A stretch of DNA of 64,000 nucleotides from assembly GCF_009914755.1 (NCBI RefSeq), contig NC_060938.1. The stretch is one strand, 5' to 3'. Position 1 is the first letter of the stretch; each line of letters starts with the position of its first letter. The notes under the pieces are model-generated. The model was given only the letters and a program-made list of their open reading frames with translations. It searched no databases and was not told the origin of the DNA. Origin of the DNA: the human T2T-CHM13v2.0 reference genome, Homo sapiens. A program made the translations under genes and the position numbers. Below are positions 16,745 through 28,769 of this stretch, one piece after another.

Positions 16745-16958
16745 AAAACCTTTTATTTTGAGTTCAGGGGTACACGTGCAGGTTTGTTACGCAGGTAAAC
16801 GTGTGCCATGGGGATCTGTCGTACAGATGATTTCATCACCCAGGTATTAAGCCTAGTGCCCCTTAGTTATTTTTCCTGACCCTCTCCCTCCTCCCGGCCT
16901 CCACCCTCCAATAGGCCCCAGTGTGTGTCATTCCCCTCTATGTGTCCATGTGTTCTCA
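16745..16958 (-). mobile_element. Older L1PA 3' end fragment
   Basis: gagttcaggggtacacgtgcaggtttgttac...; flanks aaagaacatttt/aaaggaacatatttt. Confidence 0.85.
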
Positions 16959-17437
16959 AAAGGAACATATTTTATATCAGTAACTGAAAAATCTATTTTA
17001 AGTAATAATCATGGTTCTTAGCAATAAAGTCGTTTTAGAAATAAAAAAAAAAAAAAAGAAGCTAGAAGGGGCAAGAAGCATCCTACCCTAGAGGCTTTAG
17101 AGAGAGCCCAGCCCTCCTGACACCTTGAGTTTAGACTTCCAGCTTCCAGAGCTGTGCAAGAATACACTTCTGTTCTTTACGGTCCTTGTTAGGATAGCCC
17201 TAGGGAATGAAAATTGAAAAGAAGAGAAAAAGAAAAGTCATCTTTATTTTCCAAAGATAGTTTCCCTGGCTTAGCAGGTATTTCTTTTAGCACTGTAAAG
17301 ACAGCATCTCATTCTGTTCTTGTTTCTGTTACGACATTAGCATTAGCTGCCAGCCTAAGACAGCATCTCATTCTGTTCTTGTTTCTGTTACGACATTAGC
17401 TGCCAGCCTCACTGGTCCTCCTTTAAAGGTATTGTGA

Positions 17438-17824
<387 letters not shown>

Positions 17825-18284
17825 TAGATGAGATTTTCTACGTATTTTATTCCATATGAATGATGGGGTAGGATATTTCCTTAAGTTTGGGAAGATTTCT
17901 GCAATTGCCTCTTTAAAAATGTTTCTTCTCTTCCTTCTCACTTCTCCTTCTGGGACTCTAACTACCTATATGTTAGACCTTATCGGTGGATACTCTCTTC
18001 TTTTAACCCTCCAGTTCCATGCTGTGTTTTTGTCTATCCTTCATTCTAGATATTTTCTTCTGATCCAACTTCTGATTCACTAATTCTTTCTTCAGCTGTG
18101 TTAAGTCTGCTCTTAAACCCATCATTTGAGCTCTTCATTGTATACTTCTGTTCTAAAATTCTGAATTAAAAAAGATCTGCTATGTGTGTTTTATAGTTTT
18201 CAATTTATGATGAAATTTTCAGATTGTGTTTAAACTCTTCAAACCTAGTAGCACTGTTATTTTATCAGTTTTAAAATTTTACTT

Positions 18285-18540
18285 ATTTTTATTTTTTTTC
18301 AGAGATGGGGCCTCACTCTGTCACCCAAGCTGGAGTGCAGTGATTCAATCACAGCTCCCTGTAGCCCCAAACTTCTGGCTCAAGTGATTATCCCACCTAA
18401 CCTCTCAGATAGTGGGGGCTACAGACAAGTACCACTATGCCCAGGTAATTATTAAACATTTTTTGTAGAGATAGGGTCTTGCCATGTTGCCCAGGCTGGT
18501 CCCAAACCTCCTGGCATCTCAAAGCACTGGGATTACAAGT
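18285..18540 (-). mobile_element. AluJ (partial), abutting a short plus-strand L1 3' end at 18540-18700
   Basis: Diverged Alu arms. Confidence 0.8.
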
Positions 18541-19649
18541 GGGTGGGGGAGGTGAGGGATAAAAAACTACATATTGGGTACAGTGTACACTACTTGGATG
18601 ATGGGTGCCCTAAAATCTCAGAATTAACCACTATAGAATTCATCCGTGTAACCAAAAACTACTTGTATCCCAAAAGCTATTGAAATAAAAAATATTAAGA
18701 AAGTCTTCATGTGCTAATTCCCATAGCTGAGGTCTGGAGTCCCTGTTGATCTTCCGTTTTTGCTGTTCTTACTCATGTTGCTTCGTCTACTTGTATGTGT
18801 GGTTCTTTGTGATTGTGTGCTGGATACTGTATTCAGAAGTATTGGGTTGAGCAACTGAACCTAAAATGACGTTATAATTTTCCAGAGACGGTTTTCATAT
18901 GCTTCTGGCTGGTTCCTGGTGGAATTCAAAATCTGAGATCAACTTAACCCAGTGGTAGAGGTTGAGCTTTTCTAAGGACCTGAATAAAGTGCATCTGGTT
19001 GCAGTTCCTGTGAGGGATGATTTCCTTCACCTTTGCTCCTATAAGGAAAGTCCATGGGTTTCTAATCCAAAGTGCATGTACTTCCCAAGCGCCTTTCTCC
19101 TGGTGAGTCCTGGCCTCTGAGTTTTTCTCCCTAGCTCTAAGATTGTCAGGATTTCTGCTCAGCTTCTCACTGACTATCCCAGAATCAGCAAATGCTTTTG
19201 GGGAGGGGCTCAGGGGGAAGTGACTGCAAATGGCAGCTACTTTGGTGGCTATTATTCACCACTCTGGTATCTCTCCATTACCTTCAAACAGATTTTTAAA
19301 ATACTTCTTTCAGATTTGCTAACTGGTCCGAGTTCCCTGTATGCCCTTAATAGAAGCAGACATCTGGCATCTTTATAAGAATCACATTTTCCGTTTGTTG
19401 CTGGTCTATAGAAATAAAACGGATTTCTGTACATTGGTATTAAAGCCAGTAATCTATTATTTTTAATAATATATTTTTATTATTTATAATACTATTTTAA
19501 GTAATACCATTTAAATTATTGAATATTTTGGATTTTTGCTATTTTGAATTACTTTTGAATACTTTTGTATCTTCTCCTGGATTTTTTCTGCTCTTCCACT
19601 GGGACTCCTGCGCAGACACTGGTGGGTCCTGTGACTTCCTTCCTCAGCC

Positions 19650-20160
19650 CAGTGTCACTCACTTTTCTGTGGCTCCCAGGAAAACACACAACCCCTCCCC
19701 AAGTCCCTCTGAGGGTCTCCTATCACCACAGAGTGAAGTCCAAGGCTGGAATTAGGGCCAGTCTGGCCCCATGCAGTCTGGCCTCTGGCCTGTCCTTCCA
19801 GCCCACTCCTTCCCAAGCCCACTGGCCTTCCCACCGCTCTTGAACTTGGCAAGCATGTTTCTGGCCTGGACCCTTCCCCTCCTGCTCCTTTTGCCTGGGA
19901 TGCACCTCCCAGTGGTCCATGTCCCCAAGGACATATTCTGGATGCCTGGCATTGATGGCCACACCCTCAGCTGGCGCTGTTGTCCTTTATGGAGCATTTA
20001 TTTGTTTTTAATTGCTTTTTTTCCTCTTCTGGTTTCTTTGTGATTTGTTTTTAATTGTATTATCCATTCCCCACCAGGACCTTAGTGCCGCAGTGCAGAC
20101 ACACTGCACGTGTCCACCTTAGCCCTTGGCCTGGCACACAGTAGATGTTCAATGAACATC
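19650..20160 (+). mobile_element. L2 3' fragment
   Basis: Ends cctggcacacagtagatgttcaatgaacat. Confidence 0.6.
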
Positions 20161-20361
20161 ACATTGTAAGTTGCTTTCCATTGACGATTTGTGACTTTTA
20201 ACACTCTCCATGTGTTCTATTGGCTATTTGTGTCTGCAGCTGGCTAAAGAGAACTCCTCTTCCCCACGTTCCACTGAAAACTTCTTCAAGGTCGAGCTTG
20301 TCTCATTCATCATGTTTTTTTTTTTTTGTTTGTTTGTTTTTTACATTCACTTACTTGGACT

Positions 20362-20825
20362 CTGATAGTTAATTTTAGGTGTTAACTTGGGCAGGCCATA
20401 CTACCCAGATATTTGGCCAAACACCAGTCTAGATAGTGCAGGTGATTTTTAGATGTTATTAACATTTCAACCTGTGGACTTTGGGTAAGGCAGATCATCA
20501 TCCATAATGTGGGTGGGCCTCATCCAGGCAGTTGGAGGCCTTAAGAGAAAACAGACGGCAGTCCCCAAGGAGGACAGAATTCTGCCAGCAGGCTGAACTT
20601 TGGACGGGAGCAGCAGCCTCAGCTCTTCTCTGGGTCACCAGCCTGCTGGTTTGCCCTGCAGATTTTGGACATTCGTCTCCACAACTGTGTGAGCCAATTC
20701 CTTAAAATCTCTCTCTCGCATCTCTCCCTCTATCCATACCTGTGGCCATAGCCTGTGTCTATGTTGATACCTATTTCTGTCGATATCCACATCCACATCT
20801 ATGGGTTCTGTTTCTTGGGAGCTCA
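20362..20825 (+). mobile_element. MLT2 (ERVL) solo LTR
   Basis: tgatagttaattttaggtgttaacttgg...ccataatgtgggtgggcctcatcca...gtgagccaattcctt. Confidence 0.85.
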
Positions 20826-21349
20826 TGCGAATACAGGCTCTCTTTCATGTTAGATACTTTGGTCACTTTCTTTCCTGGGGTGCTTACTTTGTTTTTGGTG
20901 GCTTTGTCCTTATAGAGACTTTATTTTTTTCCTTGTGGGCAAATTTATCAGTCTTACTTTTCACTGTTCCTGGCCTTAGCCTCATTCTGAGAGAACACTT
21001 ATTCACCTTAAGAGAATATAGATATTTTGCCATATTTTTTTCTGGTGTGATTATTGATCTGTATCAGTGCTGGTCTTCAATTTGCTTTTTGTCCTTACAA
21101 TGAGAGCAGAAATCCTTTCTCTTTTCTCTTTCATTTTCCCAATTCCGTTTTGAGGTCTTGTCCAAACCAATGTTTTCTAGAATAAACTTGGCAGGTATAG
21201 AGCCGGCTGTGGCCACAGCCGCAGACATCAGGGCCTCGGCTGGAGAGGAGAGGTGCAGGCCTCTGGAAGTCTCTTTGGGGCTGGAGACTATGGCCTGATT
21301 TCTGTCCAGGTCTTGGGGGGCCTCTGTCCACAAGTCTAGGGGGGCAGAA

Positions 21350-22380
21350 AGGGCTCAGACCCTTCCCTCAAAATACCAAGGGAGAGGAGGTCGGCTGGGC
21401 CCAGGCAGGTGGCTGGTGGTGAGCGCCCCGAGATCAGGCCAGGCTTGTCAAGCATTGATTTAGGTGTGGGAGGCAGACATGTCCTGTTTGTTACCAGCTG
21501 GAAACAGATGTTTCTGCCCCGAGTGCCACCTCAGAGGGTGGCGTCCAGGCCCAGCAGGCTGTGGCGACACGGGTGAGCTGCAGAGCGTGCGGAGGCGAGG
21601 GCCCTGGCCCATGTCAGGAGGCTGAGTTACGACTGTGGCTTCAGTGCCGGGAAAGCTGTAAACACATTCCTGTGCGGGGCCCTGGGCCACCTGGGGCATC
21701 ACATGCCCCCAGAAGACAGATTTCTGTAGTCAGTCAGGACTCAATGGACATTTATGTAACATGGAAAGGGGAAGTGGTGCTGGAGGGCAGCCCCCTGAAT
21801 CACTCTGTTGGAGCAATTCTGTTGGGTGAAGGTGCATGAAAACAACACAGTGTGGCTGAGGGCCAGGGCTGTAGACATTCGGTCAAGTGCACAGGCTGTG
21901 CTGGAGCAGCCCCGGCACTAGAAACAGGCGCAGGGTGGGGAGTTTGCTGGGGTCAATGTGCATTGCGTCGTGCATTTTAGGGTATTTCCTAGGTATAATT
22001 GCTAGAGAGAAACAAAGCTCAAATACAGATCATCTGCCCCACACCAGGTTCCCACCATCCTCAGGGGAATCACAGGTTACTGGCTTTGGAGACCGAGATG
22101 TCTTCCCGCCTCCCAGGGGCCTGTGGATGGGACTCCCTGCGAATTCGACTCCCAGGGGAAAAGCCAAGAGCTGCCTCCTTGGGACAGCTGGGCAGCAGCT
22201 GTGATCGCACATGGCTCAGGCAGAGGCCTGAGCGGCTGCCTCCGTTGGCCAGCAGGCTCTGAGAGCACTCGCCCGGCCTGACTGTTCATCCATCCTTTCA
22301 CCCGGAGGCCAGCTGTGGCTGTCTGTGCTCTCAGAGGGGAGGCGATGGCAAGGCGCCTGCCATGCAGATGGGTGGTGGGA
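21350..22380. promoter_or_regulatory. Putative B-cell enhancer in the Cdelta-Cgamma3 interval (E-delta-like)
   Basis: Unique GC-rich island with EBF1, PU.1/Spi-B, E-box, FOX and kB-like motifs. Confidence 0.6.
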
Positions 22381-22589
22381 GCGAGCCTGTTACACTCTGA
22401 GGCCAGGACCGGGTCTGGGGGCACTGGGGCTCCAGGGTGGCCGAGGGCAGTGGGTCAGGCCTGAGAGTTCTGACTTTGTTCTTGGTGCAGTGGGAACCTC
22501 TCTGTGGGTTTGAATGGGCCGTCCTGATAGATTCATGTTTTAAAAAGACCACATGGTCCGTGGGGTGGGGGTGGGGCCGGAGGATCAGC

Positions 22590-22828
22590 AGGAGCCTCTG
22601 GCTTCGGAGTCATGGCACCTTCTCCTCCTCACGTCTCCCTCTGCCTCCCTCCTGTGACACCTGTGCCCACATTCGGAGCCACCCAAGTAATCCAGGCCCC
22701 TCTCCTCATCTCAAGATCATTGGCTTAATCTCATCTGCAAAGTCCCTTTTGCCATGTAAGATCTCAGAGTCACAGTTCTGGGAATCTGGATGAAGACACT
22801 TTTGGGGCCTGACTTAGCCGACTACCCA
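22590..22828 (-). mobile_element. MLT1D/E-type LTR fragment
   Basis: taatccagg...catctcaagatc...cttaatctcatctgcaaagtcccttttgccatgtaag. Confidence 0.7.
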
Positions 22829-24870
22829 CCTGCAATTTCAGATGCCTTGAGTAGGAGGCACATAGCTGACTGCCAGTGCCAACGCGTGGAATAAAAGTCC
22901 ACACTTAGGGACAGATATGAGTTGAAACTATGAACAGAAGCTATTGGAAACCATAATATTGATAAGCTCACCAAGAGCATGAGCAGGGGTTGAGGGGAGA
23001 CTGAGCGGGACAGCTGCAAGAAGATGACCTACAGGACGCATCCTAGGAGCAAATGAGGCACCGGGGTTGGGGCACATGGCTGACACCGGGGCTCACCCTC
23101 GTCCTGTCTCTGGTCCGTGGGTGGGGAGGGCAAATGGCCGGAGGAGCTGTTTGGGGACCAAGCTCCCGCCACACCTCACTATTTGTTCCTCATCTGGTGG
23201 AGTGAGAGAAGCCCGTGTCCAACTGACCAGGGTCAAATCCGGGCCCCCAGTCTACTGCTGGAAGATTCCGGGCAATGTCTTGGCCTGTTTTGGCTGCTGT
23301 ACCAAATACCTGTCGAGCTAAATAATGAACAGAGAGAGGCTCTAACAGAAAATATTTATTTGGGAACAGTGAGGTGTGGAGGGAGCTTGGTCCCCAAGCA
23401 CTGCAGTGGGAGCACACGTACCATCATAAACTATGTGTATATTCAGGGAGGTAAAAGACGACAAAGGTTTTTAAAGGAAAAATGAGGACGATTACATGAT
23501 CGTTTTGAAATAATCTTTGGCTACAAGGATCAATAACAAGGGTGATGCCAGTATGAGGCGCACAGGCAGTTGCTGGGCAGCTGTCCTCGCAGAAGTATTT
23601 TTTTGTGTAAGGTTGCAATGGCCTTTGTGCAAGGCTGTGTTTTTTATAGTCTTTTGTGATAGTTTTTGCTAGTAGGTGTTTATGCATGAGAATGCTTCTC
23701 AGCCTTCTCTGGCTTTATATGTCAGAGTTTCGTTTGTTTGTTTGTTTTTTAACACAAGGGACTCCATTTTGATTCTGACGACTTTCATCATATTTTCTCC
23801 CTTTGGTCAAGGTCTTTCTCTGGAAGCCTCACTGATGGACCATGCTGTGGTAGGTTCTGATGTCCCTCAGTATTTGGATGGGCCTGTCCCAGGTGTCTGG
23901 TCTGGTCACATGTTTGAAGGAGTGATTGATGTCTAGGAGTCAGTGTCAAAATCCTTTTAGCCACATTTGAGTAACAAAGGAGGTTTGAAGACAGTGGCTT
24001 TCAGGCTAAGTCTACCTGGAGTAAATGATTAAGTTCAATTTTGTCTGTGGTGTGGTCTTTTGCTATTATCTCAAAGTGCTGGGCTAGCATTATTCTGTTA
24101 GAAGTTGTACTTCTGAAAAAATTCAGCAAGTAACAGATACAAAGTTTAAAAAGGGAAAATAAAAAGTAAAATTAGTAATAACATGACAATCCTAGTTTGC
24201 ATAATAGGATTATGCAATGTCTAGGATTAAAGGCAATTAATTGAATAAATAATGAATCCAGGATTCAAGGCAATTAATTGAATAAATAAAATAGGAAGCT
24301 AAGTAAAAACTGTAGGCCCTAGGACAGGTAAGAGTCCCATTATGATATGGAGTCTTGTTCCCATGACTTGGGAGAAGCTGTCTACAGAGTGAAAATGTGA
24401 AATTCCTCATCTTGCTTTGCAGTTTGAATGTCTCTAGTCGTGGCATTGGGCAGTCTGGTGAACTTTCTGTCTGGCTCGGACATCAAGCATGAGACTTGTT
24501 TCTTAGCATTTATCTAGCTTCAGCTTATAGGGCTTCAGGAACAGAGCAGTTCTCATTTTTCTCCATGGAAGAAAGTTGGATTGGAATAATCTAGAAGAAT
24601 TCAGGATCTAGTCTATAGGTAGAAAACAAGAACTTGAAAATAATGCACAGAGCTACAATCTAAAAGCAGGTGTGTTACAGCTTTTCTTTGGAAGCATAAG
24701 TTTTCCTCTGTACATTGATCACATAGGAATCTCGTACTTCAATACCTCTTTATGCTGGTAAGCCAAACCAAGACAGGCTTTAGCTTTTACTTACAGTTTT
24801 AAGGTTTCTGGGCTTGCCAGGAAGTGATGATTTTTACTCATTATAAGGAACCCTGGAAACCAGGCATTCT

Positions 24871-25176
24871 TTTTTCTTTTTTTGAGACGGAGTCTCACTT
24901 TGTTGCCGAGGCTGGAGTGCAGTGGCGTGATCTTGGCACACTGCAACCTCTGCCTTCCATGTTCAAAAGAGTCTCCTGCCTGAGTCTCCCGAGCAGCTGG
25001 GATTATAGGTGCCCACCACCACACCTGGCTAATTTTTGTATTTTTAGTAGAGACGGGATTGAGATGGGGTTTTGCCATGTTGGCCAGTCTGGTCTCGAAC
25101 TCCTGACCTCGGGTGATCCGCCTGGCTTGGCCTTCCAAAGTGCTGCGATTACAGGGGTGAGCCACCCCGCCCGGCT
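24871..25176 (-). mobile_element. AluS
   Basis: TSD gaaaccaggcattct/gaaactaggcattct. Confidence 0.93.
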
Positions 25177-28110
25177 GAAACTAGGCATTCTATGTATATT
25201 TTTCAAATATGGTATTTCAGCCAAAGCCTTAGTAATATACCTGATGTTTCCAATTACATCCTGCAGTGAGGAGACAACTAGTTTTTATCTGGACTTATAC
25301 AAATGGCCACATCGTCATAAGAACACTTGTGAATAGTTTCTAAATTTTGGAGGAGTCACGTAGGGGGGAAAATAATTGCTTTCATCTTTGTTCACAAAAA
25401 GTATACTGTATTAAATTACTGTAAACTATAGATGACTTACGAGAGAAAATTTCCTTAAATCTGGCAAACAAAACATTTAAGAACGAACGATGCTTCAAAT
25501 AAAATTCATAAAAATATTCCCCTCATCACTTCTTCAATATCATGAAGTCAGCTTTTCTGCTTGAGCTTGATTGGAGGTTTTTGAATTTCTCAGTTTCTTT
25601 ATTAGAGTTCTGAAAATTTTTTATTGAGTCCATTGATCTTTTATCGGGAAACCGTATTTAAGAGTTCCTGTTTGAGTCTCTTCCATGAAAAGCAATTTTG
25701 GACAATAGCTGATTACAAATGCTTTTGGAGAAAAATCAAAACAATAACTCTGGGTCACAAAAACAAAATGGCCATGGTTAAACATCTGATAAAAATTCAT
25801 TATAATCAGCAATTGATAAGGAAATTGACTTTTTAAAAATTACTATAGTGTTTTAAGGTAGCAAACAGAATCATGACTGTGACTGATAGCATCACATCAG
25901 AACCATCAGGGTTTTATAAATTTCACATAATCTTTAGAATATACTCACATCAGTAACGTCTCCATACAAATATAGCTTTAAAGAAGATGTAGCATAACCA
26001 AAATTATGGCTGATAACGTTATAGACTGATATGAATTTATATAATCTTTGAAACATCATATCAATAGCATACCCACAAATGTAACTGAAAGAAGATCTAA
26101 TATCACTTATTATTTGACAATGTTTCCCATATAATTTACCAAATAAGCCTAATCATTTATTTTCTCTATAGGATGAGAGATAAATTCTTTGAGGCTTTCC
26201 AGGGGTCTAACTGTAAAATCCCTAAGTCAATTCTAGATAAAAAAAGACTTATTTTAGAATTTTGATCCTGAGGAAGCCTGCCAAAGATGTCAAAGGTTCA
26301 ACATGGCTAATCAAAGCAGAATCTCAGGTCACTATTAAATATAGCCATGTATTCAACCAGTGATCATCAAAAGACTTGAAGAGTAATACGGAAAGTTACA
26401 TGGATTAAAAGGACCTAACTTCTTCAAAGCTCAAGTTACCTAAGTAACCAAAAACCTCATAAAGACAACACAAAAAATTATCCTAATAAAATACAAAATC
26501 TTTGTTTTTTTTAGGCTACTTACCCAAAAGTTAAAGAAATGCCTCCTGCAGTGTGATTGTGTCTCCTCTTGGGAAGCCCATGTAGATAAACTGGAAGTCA
26601 AATCTGATGAAAAAGACACTGAGTTTAATTAGGCAGAGAAAGAGTATGTCCAAGGCTATAAGTGTAAACCATTAGTAGAGAAATGTAAACAAGATAACTA
26701 GTACCTGAGCAGGGGAACACATAGAAAAAGCAACAGCATGAGAAACTTCCTGGTTACAAGGGAAAATTCAATTATACTGGAATTATACTGGAGAGAACAT
26801 TTGTTTTCTAGACTTTCGGGATAAACATTTCAGCATCGAGCCATAACAACAGAGTTGTAATGGGAGAAAAAATGTTATAGGAGTTGATAAAAAAAAAGTT
26901 GAAAGAGAGAGCTATCACCCCAGGCCATCTCATGGGGAGGAAGAGCTGAAGGCACTGACGGATAAGTCTGTATTTATATACATGATCTATAAATCCATAT
27001 TTATATACATGATCTATAAATCATGTGCTGTGAAATACAACAGAAGTTGAAGTTCTGAAATCTAAAACTGAGAAGCTTTAGGGGGAAAAGACTATGTCAA
27101 GAAATGAAATTCTCGTTTTACATGAAGAGGACTTCCAACCTGAAACTAGGGAAAGTAAATGGATCCCAGGAAGCAATAGAAATGGTCTGTTAAAGAAACA
27201 GATTTTAGAATTAAAAATAAAAACTTCTTGTAGTTTTAAGAACAGATCAATACTTCAAGATAACTTTGTTGTTCTAACACAGGAAACTAAATCTTTAGTT
27301 TTATATTAGCATATTTTTAATAGCAAACCTCAGTCTTTAGAAAGACTTATAAATAATTCCCTTCTAATTATAGCCATCTTGATCACACGCAAAATTCCTT
27401 TCGTAAATTCATTATTTGCAAACCTTATTATGACTTACTCAGATGTTTTATGACATGTTGAGGCGTTCTGCTTTGTTTGATACCTCTTTTTTTATTTTAT
27501 CCTTGTCTTCTTGTCTCTGTTTATCTCTCTCATATAGTTTTATAGTTTTCTCATATAGTTTTATAATGAATTTAGACAATGATTTGATTATTTTTCTAGT
27601 GTTTATCATTCTCTTATTTGCTGATGACTTACTATGCTTAAGACTGATGAATTGTCTTGTTCAGGGATCTGAAATCCTTTCCAGTTAAAAAGGGACTTGG
27701 CCACATTTGTTCCCATGACCCCTAGGGATGCAACCCTCTTGGGATGTTATGTCATCTTCTTCAACCCAAACCTTTTAATTCTACCCCTGGTCAAATATGG
27801 ATGGGTACATTCTTGTACCTCATGTTTGGTATATTTTGAAAGCAAAGAACCAAGCATTATTTGTAGTCTTTGAAAAAGAGACCCAGCGTACATAAGCAGT
27901 GTTTAGTGTTGTAATGAAATAATTCCCAAACAAAAGGAATCTGATACATGTTATTCATATGCACAGTTGTAATCATGCCATATTAACCTAGCAAAAAGCA
28001 ATCTGCCTGAGTGTTTTCTAGTTAGTGTAGTTGGTAGAGCTTGACTGAAAATTAAAAAAAAATTTTTTTTGAATCTTCAACGTCATAATTGACCCATACT
28101 CCCTCTCATT

Positions 28111-28380
28111 ACAGGCTAACGATCCCCTGTCTGAAATGCTTGGGACCAGAAGTGTTTCAGATTTTATATTTTTTGGATTTTGGGATATTTGCATATATAT
28201 AATGAGATATCTTGGATAGACCCAAGTCTAAACACAAAATTCATTTGTATTTCATGTACACCTTATACAGACAGCCTGAAGGTGATTTTGTACAATATTT
28301 TAAATAACTTTGTACATGAAACAAAGTTTTAACTGTGTTTTGTCTGTAGCCTGTCACATGGCTTCAGGTGTGGAATTTTC
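28111..28380. mobile_element. Tigger4b-like DNA transposon, truncated at ggaattttc
   Basis: ta-cagg...gaaatgcttgggaccagaagtgtttcagatttt matches recalled consensus. Confidence 0.78.
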
Positions 28381-28572
28381 TTTATATATATATATATTTA
28401 TTATACTCTAAGTTCTAGGGTACATGTGCACAACGTGCAGGTTTGTTACATATGTATACATGTGCCATGTTGGTGTGCTGCACCCATTAACTCGTCATTT
28501 ACATTACGTATATCTCCTAATCCTATCCCTCCCCCCTCTCCCCACCCCACAACAGGCCCTGGTGTGTGTGAT
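28381..28572 (-). mobile_element. 5'-truncated L1PA 3' end (~190 bp)
   Basis: ttattatactctaagttctagggtacatgtgcacaacgtgcagg...acaggccctggtgtgtg. Confidence 0.92.
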
Positions 28573-28769
28573 ACCTCTTTTTTTAAAGTAAGCAGTCATT
28601 TTACTTTATGACAAAAATTTATCACGCAAGATTCTTCCTTTTTTAAAAAAATTCTCTTTTCTTTTTAACCTTCCGTACCAAAAATACATCTTCATACCCA
28701 TAACTTTCTTCACATACCTCTCTTCTACTTACTGTTTTTTAAATTTTTTAATTCTTTCAGTCTTCTTAA

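Noticed and set aside
28187-28194. Octamer ATTTGCAT (others at 1055 and within L1PB)
   Set aside because: Lie inside repeat-derived sequence with no supporting motif context
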